Positions 1 through 9,668 of a DNA stretch of 59,117 bases are shown in pieces. How positions within the stretch are numbered: the stretch's first letter is position 1; each line of letters opens with the position of its first letter. The notes beneath the pieces were generated by a model. It was not told where the DNA came from. It saw only the letters and a program-made list of their open reading frames with translations, and did no database searches. The DNA comes from a bacterium. Its GTDB lineage: Bacteria > Sysuimicrobiota > Sysuimicrobiia > Sysuimicrobiales > Humicultoraceae. The position numbers and the translations under genes were made by a program. The stretch is from assembly GCA_041497675.1 (NCBI GenBank), contig JBGQGY010000008.1, positions 1-59,117 on the forward strand, in the 5' to 3' direction.

Positions 1-1509
1 ATCGCCGAGGCGGTCGGCGAACTGGTCATCGAGTTCGGCGGCGCGTTCAGCGCCGAGCACGGCGACGGGATGGTGCGCGGCTGGTTTCTCGAGCGATACT
101 TCGGCCCGGCGATCTACCAGGCGTTTAAGAACATCAAGACGGTCTTCGACCCGCGCGGGCTGATGAATCCCGGGAAGATCGTCAACGCGCCGCCGATGAC
201 CGACAATCTGCGCTTTGGCGCGTCCTACCAGACCGTGCCGCTGCGGACGCACTTCGACTGGCAGCGCGACGGCGGGATGGCCGCCAACATCGAGATGTGC
301 AGCGGGGTCGGCGCCTGCCGCAAGACGATCGAGGGGACGATGTGCCCCTCCTACATGGTCACGCGTGAAGAGGAGCACTCGACCCGCGGCCGCGCCAACC
401 TCCTGCGGGCCGCGATGTCGGGACTGCTGCCGGCTAAGGAGCTGACCGGCCGCCGTCTCTACGATGCCCTCGATCTGTGTCTCGAATGTAAGGGGTGCAA
501 GGCCGAGTGCCCGGCAAACGTGGACATGGCCAAACTCAAATATGAGTTTCTCGCGCGCTACCACGAGGTGCACGGCTATCCATTGCGCGCGCGTCTCTTT
601 GGGAACATTCATGCGCTCAGCCGTGCGGGGACGCGCGCCGCGCCGCTCTCGACATGGATGACCCAGCTGGCGCCGGCGCGCTGGGTGCTGGAACGGATCG
701 CCGGCGTCGACCGGCGGCGGCCGCTGCCGCCATTTGCCCGGCAGACGTTCGACGCCTGGTGGAAGGGGCGCGACGGCGGGTCGTCGAACGGCGCCGCCTC
801 AGGCCGTGCGAGGGTCGCGCTCTTTGCGGATACCTTCATGCGGTTCAACTATCCGGAGATCGGTCGCGCGGCCGTGAGGGTGTTCGAAGGGCTTGGCTAC
901 GAGGTCATTGTGCCCGACGTCACGTGTTGCGGCCGTCCGATGATCAGCAAGGGGCTGTTGGCCGCGGCCAGGACGCACGCGCAAGAGAATCTCGCGGCGT
1001 TGCTCCCCCTCGCCCGAGCGGGGATCCCCATCGTTGGCTGCGAGCCCTCATGCATCCTCATGTTCCGCGATGAGGTGCCCGACCTGTTCCCCGGTTCCGA
1101 CGCGGCGTTGCTCGCCAAGCACACGTTCCTCGTCGATGAGTTCCTCCACCGACACGTCCAGGAGCACGGCTGGCCGCGACCCTCATCCGGCGGCACCGTA
1201 CTCCTACACGGGCACTGCCATCAGAAAGCGGCCATCGGCACGATACCGGCGACAAACGTGCTCAAGGCCGCGGGCTTCGCGGTGGAAGAGGTGGATTCAG
1301 GCTGCTGTGGGATGGCGGGGTCGTTCGGCTTCGAGCGCGAGCACTACGATATCTCGATGGCGATCGGCGAGCGGCGCCTGCTGCCGGCGGTGCGCCGCGT
1401 GCCCGCCGAGACCGAGGTTGTGGCGATGGGCGTCTCGTGCCGGCAGCAGATCGCGCACGGCACCGGCCGCCGGGCGAAGCATCTGGTCGAACTGCTCGCG
1501 CCCGGCTAG
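1..1509 (+). CDS. FAD-linked oxidase / Fe-S (GlcD-GlcF/YdiJ-like) oxidoreductase, 5'-truncated by window edge
   Basis: Frame 1 is open from base 1 (IAEAVGELVIEFGGAFSAEHGDG, FAD-oxidase C-terminal EHGDG motif, later MNPGK), followed by ferredoxin CLECKGCKAEC and two CCG domains (TCCGRP, GCCGMAG). Confidence 0.9.
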   Translation: MAEAVGELVIEFGGAFSAEHGDGMVRGWFLERYFGPAIYQAFKNIKTVFDPRGLMNPGKIVNAPPMTDNLRFGASYQTVPLRTHFDWQRDGGMAANIEMCSGVGACRKTIEGTMCPSYMVTREEEHSTRGRANLLRAAMSGLLPAKELTGRRLYDALDLCLECKGCKAECPANVDMAKLKYEFLARYHEVHGYPLRARLFGNIHALSRAGTRAAPLSTWMTQLAPARWVLERIAGVDRRRPLPPFARQTFDAWWKGRDGGSSNGAASGRARVALFADTFMRFNYPEIGRAAVRVFEGLGYEVIVPDVTCCGRPMISKGLLAAARTHAQENLAALLPLARAGIPIVGCEPSCILMFRDEVPDLFPGSDAALLAKHTFLVDEFLHRHVQEHGWPRPSSGGTVLLHGHCHQKAAIGTIPATNVLKAAGFAVEEVDSGCCGMAGSFGFEREHYDISMAIGERRLLPAVRRVPAETEVVAMGVSCRQQIAHGTGRRAKHLVELLAPG

Positions 1510-1514
1510 CGCGG

Positions 1515-2282
1515 TCAGCGTCCTTTCCAGACCGGCGCCCGCTTGTCCAGAAAGGCCTGCACGCCTTCGCGGAAGTCTTCGCTGAGGTAACATCGCAGCA
1601 GCAGGTCCTCACCCTCGACGACGCGCCGGCGCTCCTGGATGCGGCGGATCGCTTCCTTCGACACCTGCAACGTGAGGGGCGCGAGCCGGCAGATCGAGGC
1701 CGCCACCTCGCCGAGATGCCGCTCGAGATCCGTCGGCGGGACGACCGCATGGAGCAGACCGGCCGCCAGCGCCTCTTCGGCGGAGAGCAGGCGCGCCGTC
1801 AGCAGCAGCTCTTTTGCGCGCGCCGGTCCCACCGCATCGACGACCCGGCTGTAGTTGGCCATGGAGAGACAGTTGCCGAGGGTCCGCGCGATCGGCACGC
1901 CGAGACGCGCGTCAGCCGCCGCATAGCGAAGATCGCATGCCACCGCCAGCGCGAAGCCTCCACCGGTCGCGTGGCCCTCGATCATCGCGATCGTCACCTT
2001 GGTCATCTGTTCGAGCCGGCCGATGACGACGCTCATGCGCTGCTCGTAGGCCAGCGCGTCCTCCCGCGTGCGCAGGTTTCGGAACTCGGCGATGTCCGTG
2101 CCGGCGATGAATGTGCCGCTGCCGCCACGCAGGATCACGACCCGCACGTCGGGGCGCGCGTCCAGCGCCTCGCAGGCCGCGGCAAACGCCTCGTACATCG
2201 CAAACGTCATGGCGTTTCGCGCCTCCGGCCGGTGCACCATGATGCGGGCGACGCCGTCGGTGACGTCTACAGAGACGGACAC
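1515..2282 (-). CDS. Enoyl-CoA hydratase/isomerase family protein
   Basis: RPEARNA, FIAGTDI, IEGHATGGG, ACDLR, SEDFREGVQAFLDKR motifs; AAGGAG SD upstream of the GTG start. Confidence 0.92.
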   Translation of the reverse strand: MSVSVDVTDGVARIMVHRPEARNAMTFAMYEAFAAACEALDARPDVRVVILRGGSGTFIAGTDIAEFRNLRTREDALAYEQRMSVVIGRLEQMTKVTIAMIEGHATGGGFALAVACDLRYAAADARLGVPIARTLGNCLSMANYSRVVDAVGPARAKELLLTARLLSAEEALAAGLLHAVVPPTDLERHLGEVAASICRLAPLTLQVSKEAIRRIQERRRVVEGEDLLLRCYLSEDFREGVQAFLDKRAPVWKGR

Positions 2283-3487
2283 AGCGCAATCACTCCTTCA
2301 TAGGCCAGGGCCTCGATTTCTGCGCGCGTGTACCCCGATTCGACCAACACCTGTTCCGTGTGCTCGCCCAGCAGCGGCGCCGCACGTCGGATGCGCGGCG
2401 GCGTCTGCGAGCACTTTACGGCCGGACCGATCTGCCGGATGCGACCGGCGACCCGGTGATCGACTTCCTGCAGCATGCCGCGCTCCAGCACGTGCGGATG
2501 CGTGAACACGTCCGGATACGTGTTGATCGGCCCGCACGGGACACCCGCGTCTTCCAAGACGCGCAGCCAATGCGCGCGCGGACGATCGATCGTCACGTCC
2601 TCGATGATCTCCTGCAGGGTCTGCCGGTGCGCGACCCGCGCGGCGTTCGTGGCGAATTCCGGCTGCTCCCGCAGACGCTCCAATCCGAGTACCCGGCACA
2701 GCCGCTCCCAGTTGCGGTCGTTGGCGGCCCCCACGGTGATGTAGCCGTCCTGACACCGGATGGCCTGGTAGGGCGCGCTCAGCCGGTGCGCCGACCCGGT
2801 CGGCTGCGGGGCCTGGTTGGTGGTGAAGTACTCGGTGGCTTCCCAGACCGACAGCGCGATCCCGGCTTCGAGCAGCGAGGTCTCCACGCGCTGCCCTTCA
2901 CCCGTCCGCGACCGGTGGATGTAGGCGCAGAGGATCGCGTACGTGACCAGCAGCGACGCGCCGAGATCGCACACAGGCACGCCGCTCTTCACCGGCCCGC
3001 CGCCGGGCACACCCGTCACCGACATGATGCCGCTCTCGCCCTGCGCCACCAGATCGAACCCTCCGCGGTGCGCGAGCGGTCCGGTTTGCCCGTAGCCCGA
3101 CACCGACGCGTAGATCAGCCCCGGATGCAGCGCGCGCATCGCGTCATAGCCCAGCCCCAACCGCTCGAGCGTGCCCGGCCGGAAGTTTTCCACCAGGATG
3201 TCGGCCCCACCGGCCAGACGGCGGCATAGGTCGGCGCCTTTGGGATCCTTCAGGTTCACGACGACGCCGCGTTTGTTGCGGTTGACGGCCCAGAACCCGG
3301 CGCTCTCAGTACCGTGCCCGCCGACGAGTTTGCGGCTCGAATCGCCTTCGGGCGGTTCGATCTTGATCACGTCGGCGCCCATGTCGGCCAGGAGCATCGT
3401 ACAGTACGGACCGGCCATCACCTGGCTGAAGTCGATCACGCGGACGCCGCTCAGGGCGCCGGCCGTGCCATCGGTTTGCGTCAGCAT
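2267..3487 (-). CDS. CaiB/BaiF class III CoA-transferase
   Basis: LSGVRVIDFSQVMAGP, ADVIKIEPPEGD, NRNKR, ENFRPG, GFDLVAQ; start placed at ATG 3487. Confidence 0.93.
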   Translation of the reverse strand: MLTQTDGTAGALSGVRVIDFSQVMAGPYCTMLLADMGADVIKIEPPEGDSSRKLVGGHGTESAGFWAVNRNKRGVVVNLKDPKGADLCRRLAGGADILVENFRPGTLERLGLGYDAMRALHPGLIYASVSGYGQTGPLAHRGGFDLVAQGESGIMSVTGVPGGGPVKSGVPVCDLGASLLVTYAILCAYIHRSRTGEGQRVETSLLEAGIALSVWEATEYFTTNQAPQPTGSAHRLSAPYQAIRCQDGYITVGAANDRNWERLCRVLGLERLREQPEFATNAARVAHRQTLQEIIEDVTIDRPRAHWLRVLEDAGVPCGPINTYPDVFTHPHVLERGMLQEVDHRVAGRIRQIGPAVKCSQTPPRIRRAAPLLGEHTEQVLVESGYTRAEIEALAYEGVIALCPSL

Positions 3488-3611
3488 CACACACACCACC
3501 CGCCGCTGGAGTTCGCCCCGGCGCGGCTCTCATCCCCCCGGGGCCATCGTGACACGGCGCATCACGTGTCCATCGGAGGAAAGGTGCCGCGCGCACGTCG
3601 AACCTCGCGAT

Positions 3612-4829
3612 GTGCCCCGCAGGCTGTATCGTGAGGACGCCTATCTGCGCGAGTTCACGGGGGACGTGACCGCGGTCAGGGTGGTGGAAGGCCGTCCCGC
3701 GATTGCGCTCTCACAGACGGCGTTCTATCCGACGGCCGGCGGCCAGCCGTGCGATCTTGGCCGCTTAGGCCGTTTCAAGGTGACCGACGTCCGTGAAGAG
3801 GACGATGAGGTCTGGCACGTGCTCGACGGCGGCCCGCCGCCCGCCGTTGGTGAGCCTCTTGACGGCGCCATTGACTGGGAGCGCCGCTTCGATCACATGC
3901 AGCAGCATTCAGGGCAGCACGTGCTCTCGCAGGCGTTCGTGCGCGCGCTCGACGCCCAGACGGTGTCGGTCCACATGGGGACAACGTGCACCCTCGACGT
4001 GGCGGTGCCCGCACTCGACGCCGCGGGCGCGGCCCGCGCCGAGTCCGTCGCGAATACCGTCGTCATGGAGAATCGGCCGGTGATCATCCGCGAGGTCGAC
4101 CCCGACCGTGTGGCCGAGCTCGGGTTGCGGCGTCCACCGAAGGTCACGGGACCGGTTCGGGTCGTCGAGGTGGCGGACTTCGATCGGTCCGCGTGTGGCG
4201 GCACGCACGTCCACGCGTGCGGTGAGATCGGCCCGATTCTCATCCGCAGTTGGGAACGGTACAAGGGCGGTATGCGCGTCGACTTCGTCTGCGGCTGGCG
4301 GGCGCTGCGCGATGCCCGCGAGCGGCTTGCGCTCGTCCGGGACCTCTCCGGTCAGCTCAGCGTCGGCGAGCACGAGTTGCGGGATGCGGTCACCCGCCTG
4401 CGCGAGCGCGCCAGGGAGCTCGAACGCGATCTTGTCGAGGCGCGCACCCGCCTACTGGGCTACGAGGCCGCAGAGCTCGTCGAGGCCGCGCGCCGCTCGA
4501 CCGGGCCGGACGAAACCACCGTCATCGCCGCGGCGTTCACCGGGCGGCCGATCGAAGAGTTGCGCGCGCTGGCACGGGCGGTCACCGCGCAGGACAGATG
4601 TGTGGTGATCTTCGCCACCGATCCCGACCGCCGCATGATCGTCGCCCGCAGCCCCTTACTCACGGTCGATGCGTCGGTCATCCTGCGCGAAGCGTTGTCC
4701 GCGCACAACGGCCGCGGCGGAGGGAAGCCCGAGGCCGCCGAAGGCATGGCCGCGTCCGCACCCTCGGCGTCGGTCCTCGTAGACGCCGCCCGCGACGCGG
4801 CGCGCCGTCACCTCGCCGCCCATGCCTGA
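3612..4829 (+). CDS. Freestanding alanyl-tRNA editing protein (AlaX-like) with C-terminal DHHA1 domain
   Basis: RLYREDAY, TAFYPTAGGQP, Zn ligands HMQQHSGQH and CGGTH, C-terminal GRGGGKP. The true start is probably GTG 3612; the ORF-track extension overlaps the divergent gene. Confidence 0.88.
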   Translation: MPRRLYREDAYLREFTGDVTAVRVVEGRPAIALSQTAFYPTAGGQPCDLGRLGRFKVTDVREEDDEVWHVLDGGPPPAVGEPLDGAIDWERRFDHMQQHSGQHVLSQAFVRALDAQTVSVHMGTTCTLDVAVPALDAAGAARAESVANTVVMENRPVIIREVDPDRVAELGLRRPPKVTGPVRVVEVADFDRSACGGTHVHACGEIGPILIRSWERYKGGMRVDFVCGWRALRDARERLALVRDLSGQLSVGEHELRDAVTRLRERARELERDLVEARTRLLGYEAAELVEAARRSTGPDETTVIAAAFTGRPIEELRALARAVTAQDRCVVIFATDPDRRMIVARSPLLTVDASVILREALSAHNGRGGGKPEAAEGMAASAPSASVLVDAARDAARRHLAAHA

Positions 4830-5988
4830 TCCCGGCGTCGATGCCGACCGGCTGACCGGTCTGCTCCGGCGTCTCGTCACCACCGAGTCGATCAACCCAT
4901 CGCTGATTCCCACGGCGCGCGGCGAGGGCGCGATCGCGGCGCTGCTTGCCGCCGAGTGCCGTGCCGCGGGCATGGAGGTGCGACTCGATGACGTGGCGCC
5001 CGGCCGCCCCAACGTGGTCGCTCGCGTGCGGGGGCGCCGGCCCGGCCGCCGGCTGATGTTCAACGGCCACATGGACACCGTCGGCATCGAGGGCATGTCT
5101 GATCCATTCGGCGGATCGGTCGCCGGCGGCCGCCTCTACGGTCGCGGCGCGTTCGATATGAAAGGAAGCCTGGCCGCGATGGTGGAGGCCGGGCGGATGG
5201 TGGCCGCCCGGGGTCTGGAGCACGGCGAGCTGGTGTTGGCGTTCGTCATAGACGAGGAGTATGCCAGCCTCGGCACCGCGGATCTGATCCGCCGCGAGCG
5301 GCCGGATGCGGCGGTGGTGACCGAACCGACAGGCCTCGATGTGTGCGTCGGTCACCGCGGCTTCGTGTGGGCGCGGGTCGAGACCGCCGGCAGGGCGGCG
5401 CACGGCAGCCGCTTCGCCGAGGGCGACGATGCCATCGCGCGCATGGGGCACGTATTGGCCGCGCTGGACCGGCTGGAGCACGAGATCCTGCCGGCCCGCC
5501 CGCATCCATTAATGGGGCGGGCATCGATCCACGCCTCGACGATTGCTGGCGGCCTGGGGCTGAGCACCTATCCCGACCGCTGCACGCTCGAGATCGAACG
5601 CCGCACGCTTCCCGGCGAGCGCGACGAGGACGTTGCGGCAGAGTTGCATGGCGTGGTGGAGGAGGCCCGCCGGGCCTCACCGGGGCTGGCCGCGAAGGTC
5701 GAGATCGTGCTCTCGCGACCCGCCTACGAGATCGAGCCCGGGGCGCCCATCGTCCAGAATCTTCGCGCCAGCGTGCAGGCTGTTCGTGGCACGTCCCCGC
5801 GCGTCGTTGGTGAGCTGGCGTGGCTCGACTCGGCGCTGCTGGGTGAAGCCGGCATCCCCGCCGTGATTTTCGGCCCGGGCGGCGCCGGGGCGCACGCGGC
5901 GGAGGAGTGGGTCGACGTGACCACCGTGGCCGACTGTGCGCGCGTGCTCGCCGATGTCGTATCTCGCTTCTGCCGCGCACCGTCATGA
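4822..5988 (+). CDS. M20 family (ArgE/DapE-like) deacylase
   Basis: FNGHMDTV, GRGAFDMKG, DEEY, TEPT, GRAAHGS, AHAAEE motifs. Confidence 0.9.
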   Translation: MPDPGVDADRLTGLLRRLVTTESINPSLIPTARGEGAIAALLAAECRAAGMEVRLDDVAPGRPNVVARVRGRRPGRRLMFNGHMDTVGIEGMSDPFGGSVAGGRLYGRGAFDMKGSLAAMVEAGRMVAARGLEHGELVLAFVIDEEYASLGTADLIRRERPDAAVVTEPTGLDVCVGHRGFVWARVETAGRAAHGSRFAEGDDAIARMGHVLAALDRLEHEILPARPHPLMGRASIHASTIAGGLGLSTYPDRCTLEIERRTLPGERDEDVAAELHGVVEEARRASPGLAAKVEIVLSRPAYEIEPGAPIVQNLRASVQAVRGTSPRVVGELAWLDSALLGEAGIPAVIFGPGGAGAHAAEEWVDVTTVADCARVLADVVSRFCRAPS

Positions 5989-6024
5989 CGCGTCTTCGTC
6001 GATGGATTGGGGAATGCATCGGGT

Positions 6025-6050
6025 GGAACAGACCGTCCGCCACAGGCGTT
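6025..6050 (+). promoter_or_regulatory. SigR/SigH(ECF)-type promoter GGAAC-N18-GTT upstream of ccdA
   Basis: GGAAC 6025-6029, 18-nt spacer, GTT 6048-6050; same architecture as the site upstream of the ECF sigma gene at 22411. Confidence 0.6.
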
Positions 6051-6066
6051 CTTGATAGCAGGTCAA

Positions 6067-6091
6067 AGGGAGGCGGGCCCGACCGTCGAAT
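6067..6091 (+). promoter_or_regulatory. Spo0H(sigma-H)-like promoter AGGG-N17-GAAT upstream of ccdA-ctp-ctp
   Basis: AGGG 6067-6070, 17-nt spacer ending gtc, GAAT 6088-6091; the motif recurs at 32430 and 40518. Confidence 0.45.
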
Positions 6092-6124
6092 GTGCACCCT
6101 GCCCATTGGTGGTGATCCGGCCCG

Positions 6125-6853
6125 GTGAATGAGGTCAGTCTCGTCGTGGCGTTTGCGGCCGGGGTTCTGGGGTTCTTGAGCCCCTGTATCGTCCCGCTCA
6201 TCCCAGGCTACCTTTCGTTTGTCTCCGGGCTCTCGCTGGGCGACATGAGCATGGAAGAACGCCGCCGGCACCTCGGCCGGGTGCTCTTCGCGACGCTCCT
6301 GTTCGTCCTCGGGTTCTCGGTGATCTTTACCGCGCTGGGCGCGTCGGCGTCTGCGCTGGGGAACGTCGTCCTGGACAACCGGCAGTGGATGTCCCGCGTC
6401 GGAGGGGTCATCGTCATTGTCCTCGGCCTGGCCGTTTTGGGCATCATCAAGTTGCCGGGGCTGTACCGGACGCGCAGAATCGAGATGGCGCGGCGCCCGC
6501 TCGGGCTGGTCGGCGCGTTCCCGGTGGGCATGGCGTTCGGGTTCGCGTGGACGCCGTGCGTTGGTCCGGTGTTGAGCGGCGTGCTGACGCTGGCCGCCGC
6601 GGCGCAGACGGCAGCGACGGGCGCGGTCCTGCTCTTCGCATACTCGCTGGGTTTGGGTCTGCCCTTCTTGGTGACCGCGGTGCTGATGACGACGGCGTTC
6701 GATGCGATGGGCTGGTTGCGCCGCAACGCCCGGGTTGTGACTGCGATTAGTGGGGTCTTCCTGCTGGTCATGGGAACCGCCATGGTGACCGATGTGCTCT
6801 TCACGCTCAATACGTGGTTGATCCGGTTGGTGCCGATCCGTCCTGCCATCTGA
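6125..6853 (+). CDS. ccdA: Cytochrome c biogenesis / thiol-disulfide transporter CcdA
   Basis: Multi-TM protein with both conserved Cys motifs, FLSPCIVP and AWTPCVGP; GGTGGTGA SD. Confidence 0.92.
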   Translation: MNEVSLVVAFAAGVLGFLSPCIVPLIPGYLSFVSGLSLGDMSMEERRRHLGRVLFATLLFVLGFSVIFTALGASASALGNVVLDNRQWMSRVGGVIVIVLGLAVLGIIKLPGLYRTRRIEMARRPLGLVGAFPVGMAFGFAWTPCVGPVLSGVLTLAAAAQTAATGAVLLFAYSLGLGLPFLVTAVLMTTAFDAMGWLRRNARVVTAISGVFLLVMGTAMVTDVLFTLNTWLIRLVPIRPAI

Positions 6854-6875
6854 GATCGGCGCAAGGAGTTGCGCA

Positions 6876-8249
6876 CTGAGAAGTCCACGTATCCTCGCGA
6901 TCATCCTGCTGCTGAGTGTCGGCGCGCTCGCGCCGCTCGCCGCGGCGCCGCCTGCGCACGCGGCCGACGCCGGTCTGGTGATCGAGGCCCTCGACATCCT
7001 GCGCACCAGATACGTCGACCCGATCAATCCTGCGGCGCTGCTCAACGGTGCGGTCGAGGGGCTTCGCGGCACGCTCTCCCGGGCGGGGGTCAAGGCTGAG
7101 ATCCAAACCATCCCGCCCAGCAGCAACTTCTGGCAGGCTCAGACGCAGTTCCGGACCCGCTTCGACGCCGCCACGGTCGCGGCTGAGGGGCGCGTGGCGA
7201 AGACCACGCTGGCGTACGCGGCCATCCAGGCCATGACGGGTTTGCTTCGCGACTCGCACACCGGGTTCGTCACGCCCGAGCAGAACCGGGAACGCCAGGC
7301 GCGGCAGCGCGGGCAGGCGGGCTTCTCGGGCATCGGCGTGGTCCTGCTCCCGCGGGACGGGCGGTTGTACGTGCGGGATGTCATTCCCGGAGGCCCGGCG
7401 GCGGCGGCAGGGATGCGGACGCTGGACCGCATCGTCCGTATCAATGGTGTACCCGTCGCCGGCATGGCGATCGACCAGGTGGCCAACGTGATCCGCGGCC
7501 CCGTCGGTACCTCCGTGTCGGTCACGGTGGAGCGTGGACCCGGGTCCGCGGAAGAGACGGTCGCTATGGTACGGCGCCCGATTCAAGTCCCCGCCATTTT
7601 CCAGGCGAAAGTCCTGGATGCCGGCGTGGGATACCTGCAGCTCTACCAGTTCGTGAACCGCACCGGCGGTGAATTCAAGGCCGCGGTCGACCGCATGCTG
7701 GCCGGCGGGATGCGTGCGCTCGTGCTCGACGTGCGTGCCAACCATGGCGGCTACTTGTACGAACTCACCGCGGTCCTCGACACGTTGCTGCCGGCCGGCA
7801 AGCCGGTGTATCGTGAGACGACGCGGAATGGTCTCATGCGAACCGTGCGGACCTCGGATCCGCCGCGGCTGCCGCCGTCTGTGCCCGTCGTGGTCCTGGT
7901 GGATGAAGGCAGCGCGTCTGCGGCGGAACTGCTCTCGGCCGCGCTGCAAGAACACCACCGCGCAACCCTGGTGGGCGAGAAAACCAGCGGTGCCGTCGAA
8001 GCGAGCGTGCTCATCGATTTATCCGACGGGTCGGCCTTGAGCGTCACGGTCCAGCGCCTCTCCACCGGATTGGGGAAGCGCCTCGAGGGTGCCGGCGTGT
8101 CGCCCGACATCATTGTCGCGCAGGCGGCGAGCGATCTGGAGAAGGGCCGCGACACACAATTGTTGAGGGGCATTGCGGTCGCCCGGCAGCGTCTGGGTCT
8201 TGCCGATGCCCGACCGAGATCACCTAATGAGGTGTCCACTCCACGATGA
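6876..8249 (+). CDS. S41 family PDZ-containing exported protease (paralog 1), probable CTG start
   Basis: PDZ (FSGIGVVL...GGPAAAAG), LDVRANHGG, SASAAE. An in-frame signal peptide LRSPRILAIILLLSVGALAPLAAAPPAHA starts at CTG 6876, 7 nt after AAGGAG. Confidence 0.88.
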   Translation: MRSPRILAIILLLSVGALAPLAAAPPAHAADAGLVIEALDILRTRYVDPINPAALLNGAVEGLRGTLSRAGVKAEIQTIPPSSNFWQAQTQFRTRFDAATVAAEGRVAKTTLAYAAIQAMTGLLRDSHTGFVTPEQNRERQARQRGQAGFSGIGVVLLPRDGRLYVRDVIPGGPAAAAGMRTLDRIVRINGVPVAGMAIDQVANVIRGPVGTSVSVTVERGPGSAEETVAMVRRPIQVPAIFQAKVLDAGVGYLQLYQFVNRTGGEFKAAVDRMLAGGMRALVLDVRANHGGYLYELTAVLDTLLPAGKPVYRETTRNGLMRTVRTSDPPRLPPSVPVVVLVDEGSASAAELLSAALQEHHRATLVGEKTSGAVEASVLIDLSDGSALSVTVQRLSTGLGKRLEGAGVSPDIIVAQAASDLEKGRDTQLLRGIAVARQRLGLADARPRSPNEVSTPR

Positions 8250-9619
8250 AGCCCCACAGGCATTCCACAGTTCGTCTTGGCTGCACCGTCCTGCTGGCGC
8301 TGACCCTGATGGTGGTGCCGCTGGCGGTGCCCCGCCCGGCGCATGCCGCCGACGCCGGTCTGGTGATCGAGGCGTTCAACGTACTACGCGAGTACTACGT
8401 CGATCGCGTGGATGCCGCGGTCATGCTCAACGGCGCGCTCGCCGGCGTGCGGTCCGCGCTCTCGAACGCGGGCGTGCAGGGCGAGGTCGCCGAGATTCCG
8501 GCGGGAACGTCGGGCGCCCAGAGCGAGATAGTCTTCCGCACTCGATTCGACGCCGCGGTGGCCGCGGCGGGCGGGCGCATCGCGCCGACCGTCCTGGCCT
8601 ACACGGCGACGCGCGCCATGACGGCGCAGTTGAAGGATTCACACACCTGGTTGCTGACACCAGAGGAAAACCGCGAGCGCGTCTTGCGGCAGCAGCGGCA
8701 GGCCGGGTTCTCCGGTGCCGGCATCGTCTTGATGCTGCGTGAGGGCAAGTACTACATCCGCGACGTGATCCCGGGGAGCCCCGCGGCCTCCGGGGGCGTG
8801 CAGCAGTTTGACCGCATCGTGCGCGTCGACAACGTTCCCACGGCGGGCCTGCAGCCCGATCAACTCAGCGGGCTCATCAGGGGACAGACGGGGACGTCGG
8901 TAACCCTCGTGCTCGAGCGGCCCGGGCGGGCGGATCCAGTCACGGTGTCTCTGACCCGCGCGCCGATCCAGGTGCCGGCGGTGTTCCAGGCGCGCGTGCT
9001 CGAAAACGGTATCGGCTATCTCCAGTTCTATCAGTTCGTGTCGCGATCGAGCGCGGAGTTTCGCGGCGCGTTGAACGGCATGCTGGGCAACGGCATGCGC
9101 GCGCTGGTGCTCGACCTCCGCGGTAATCTGGGAGGGTTCGTCAACGAGCTGGAAGCCATTGTCAGTCTCTTCCTGCCACCCGGGCAGCCCATCTATCAAG
9201 AGGTTGCGCGGGGGGGACAAACGCGCGCGGTACGGACGTTTGGCGTTCCCCTGCTTCCGGGACACCAGCCCGTGATCATCCTCGTCGACGAAAGCAGCGC
9301 ATCGGCGGCCGAGCTGCTCGCTGCGGCGCTCCAGGAACACGGCCGCGCTACGGTGGTCGGTCAAAAGACCATGGGTGCCGTTGAGGCCGCCATCATGATC
9401 GATCTGTCCGACGGCTCAGGATTGTCCGTCACCGTGAGGCGGCTCGCGTCGGCGCAGGGCCGCCGTCTCGAAGGTACCGGGGTGGCGCCAGACGTGACGG
9501 TGGATCTGCCGGTCATCGAACTCGACCAGGGACGCGACTCGCAGCTCCAGGCCGCACTCCAGCTTGCCCGCCAGCGGCTGGGGACCGCAGAAGTGCCGGC
9601 GGTGCCCGCAGGCCGGTAA
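8246..9619 (+). CDS. S41 family PDZ-containing exported protease (paralog 2)
   Basis: Signal peptide ending AHA, LDLRGNLGG, SASAAE, GVAPDV; ATGA overlap with paralog 1; colinear with it over the whole length. Confidence 0.9.
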   Translation: MKPHRHSTVRLGCTVLLALTLMVVPLAVPRPAHAADAGLVIEAFNVLREYYVDRVDAAVMLNGALAGVRSALSNAGVQGEVAEIPAGTSGAQSEIVFRTRFDAAVAAAGGRIAPTVLAYTATRAMTAQLKDSHTWLLTPEENRERVLRQQRQAGFSGAGIVLMLREGKYYIRDVIPGSPAASGGVQQFDRIVRVDNVPTAGLQPDQLSGLIRGQTGTSVTLVLERPGRADPVTVSLTRAPIQVPAVFQARVLENGIGYLQFYQFVSRSSAEFRGALNGMLGNGMRALVLDLRGNLGGFVNELEAIVSLFLPPGQPIYQEVARGGQTRAVRTFGVPLLPGHQPVIILVDESSASAAELLAAALQEHGRATVVGQKTMGAVEAAIMIDLSDGSGLSVTVRRLASAQGRRLEGTGVAPDVTVDLPVIELDQGRDSQLQAALQLARQRLGTAEVPAVPAGR

Positions 9620-9668
9620 TCGGGCACCGGGCGGCGAATCTTTCCCTTTTCCCTATCGAGGTGCGCAC

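Noticed and set aside
6090..6128. Possible leader peptide MCTLPIGGDPAR, or selenocysteine read-through at TGA 6113 in frame with ccdA
   Set aside because: The ATG overlaps the predicted -10 element. The TGA is part of the ccdA SD (GGTGGTGA), the upstream frame has no Sec-like context, and ccdA is complete with both cysteines.
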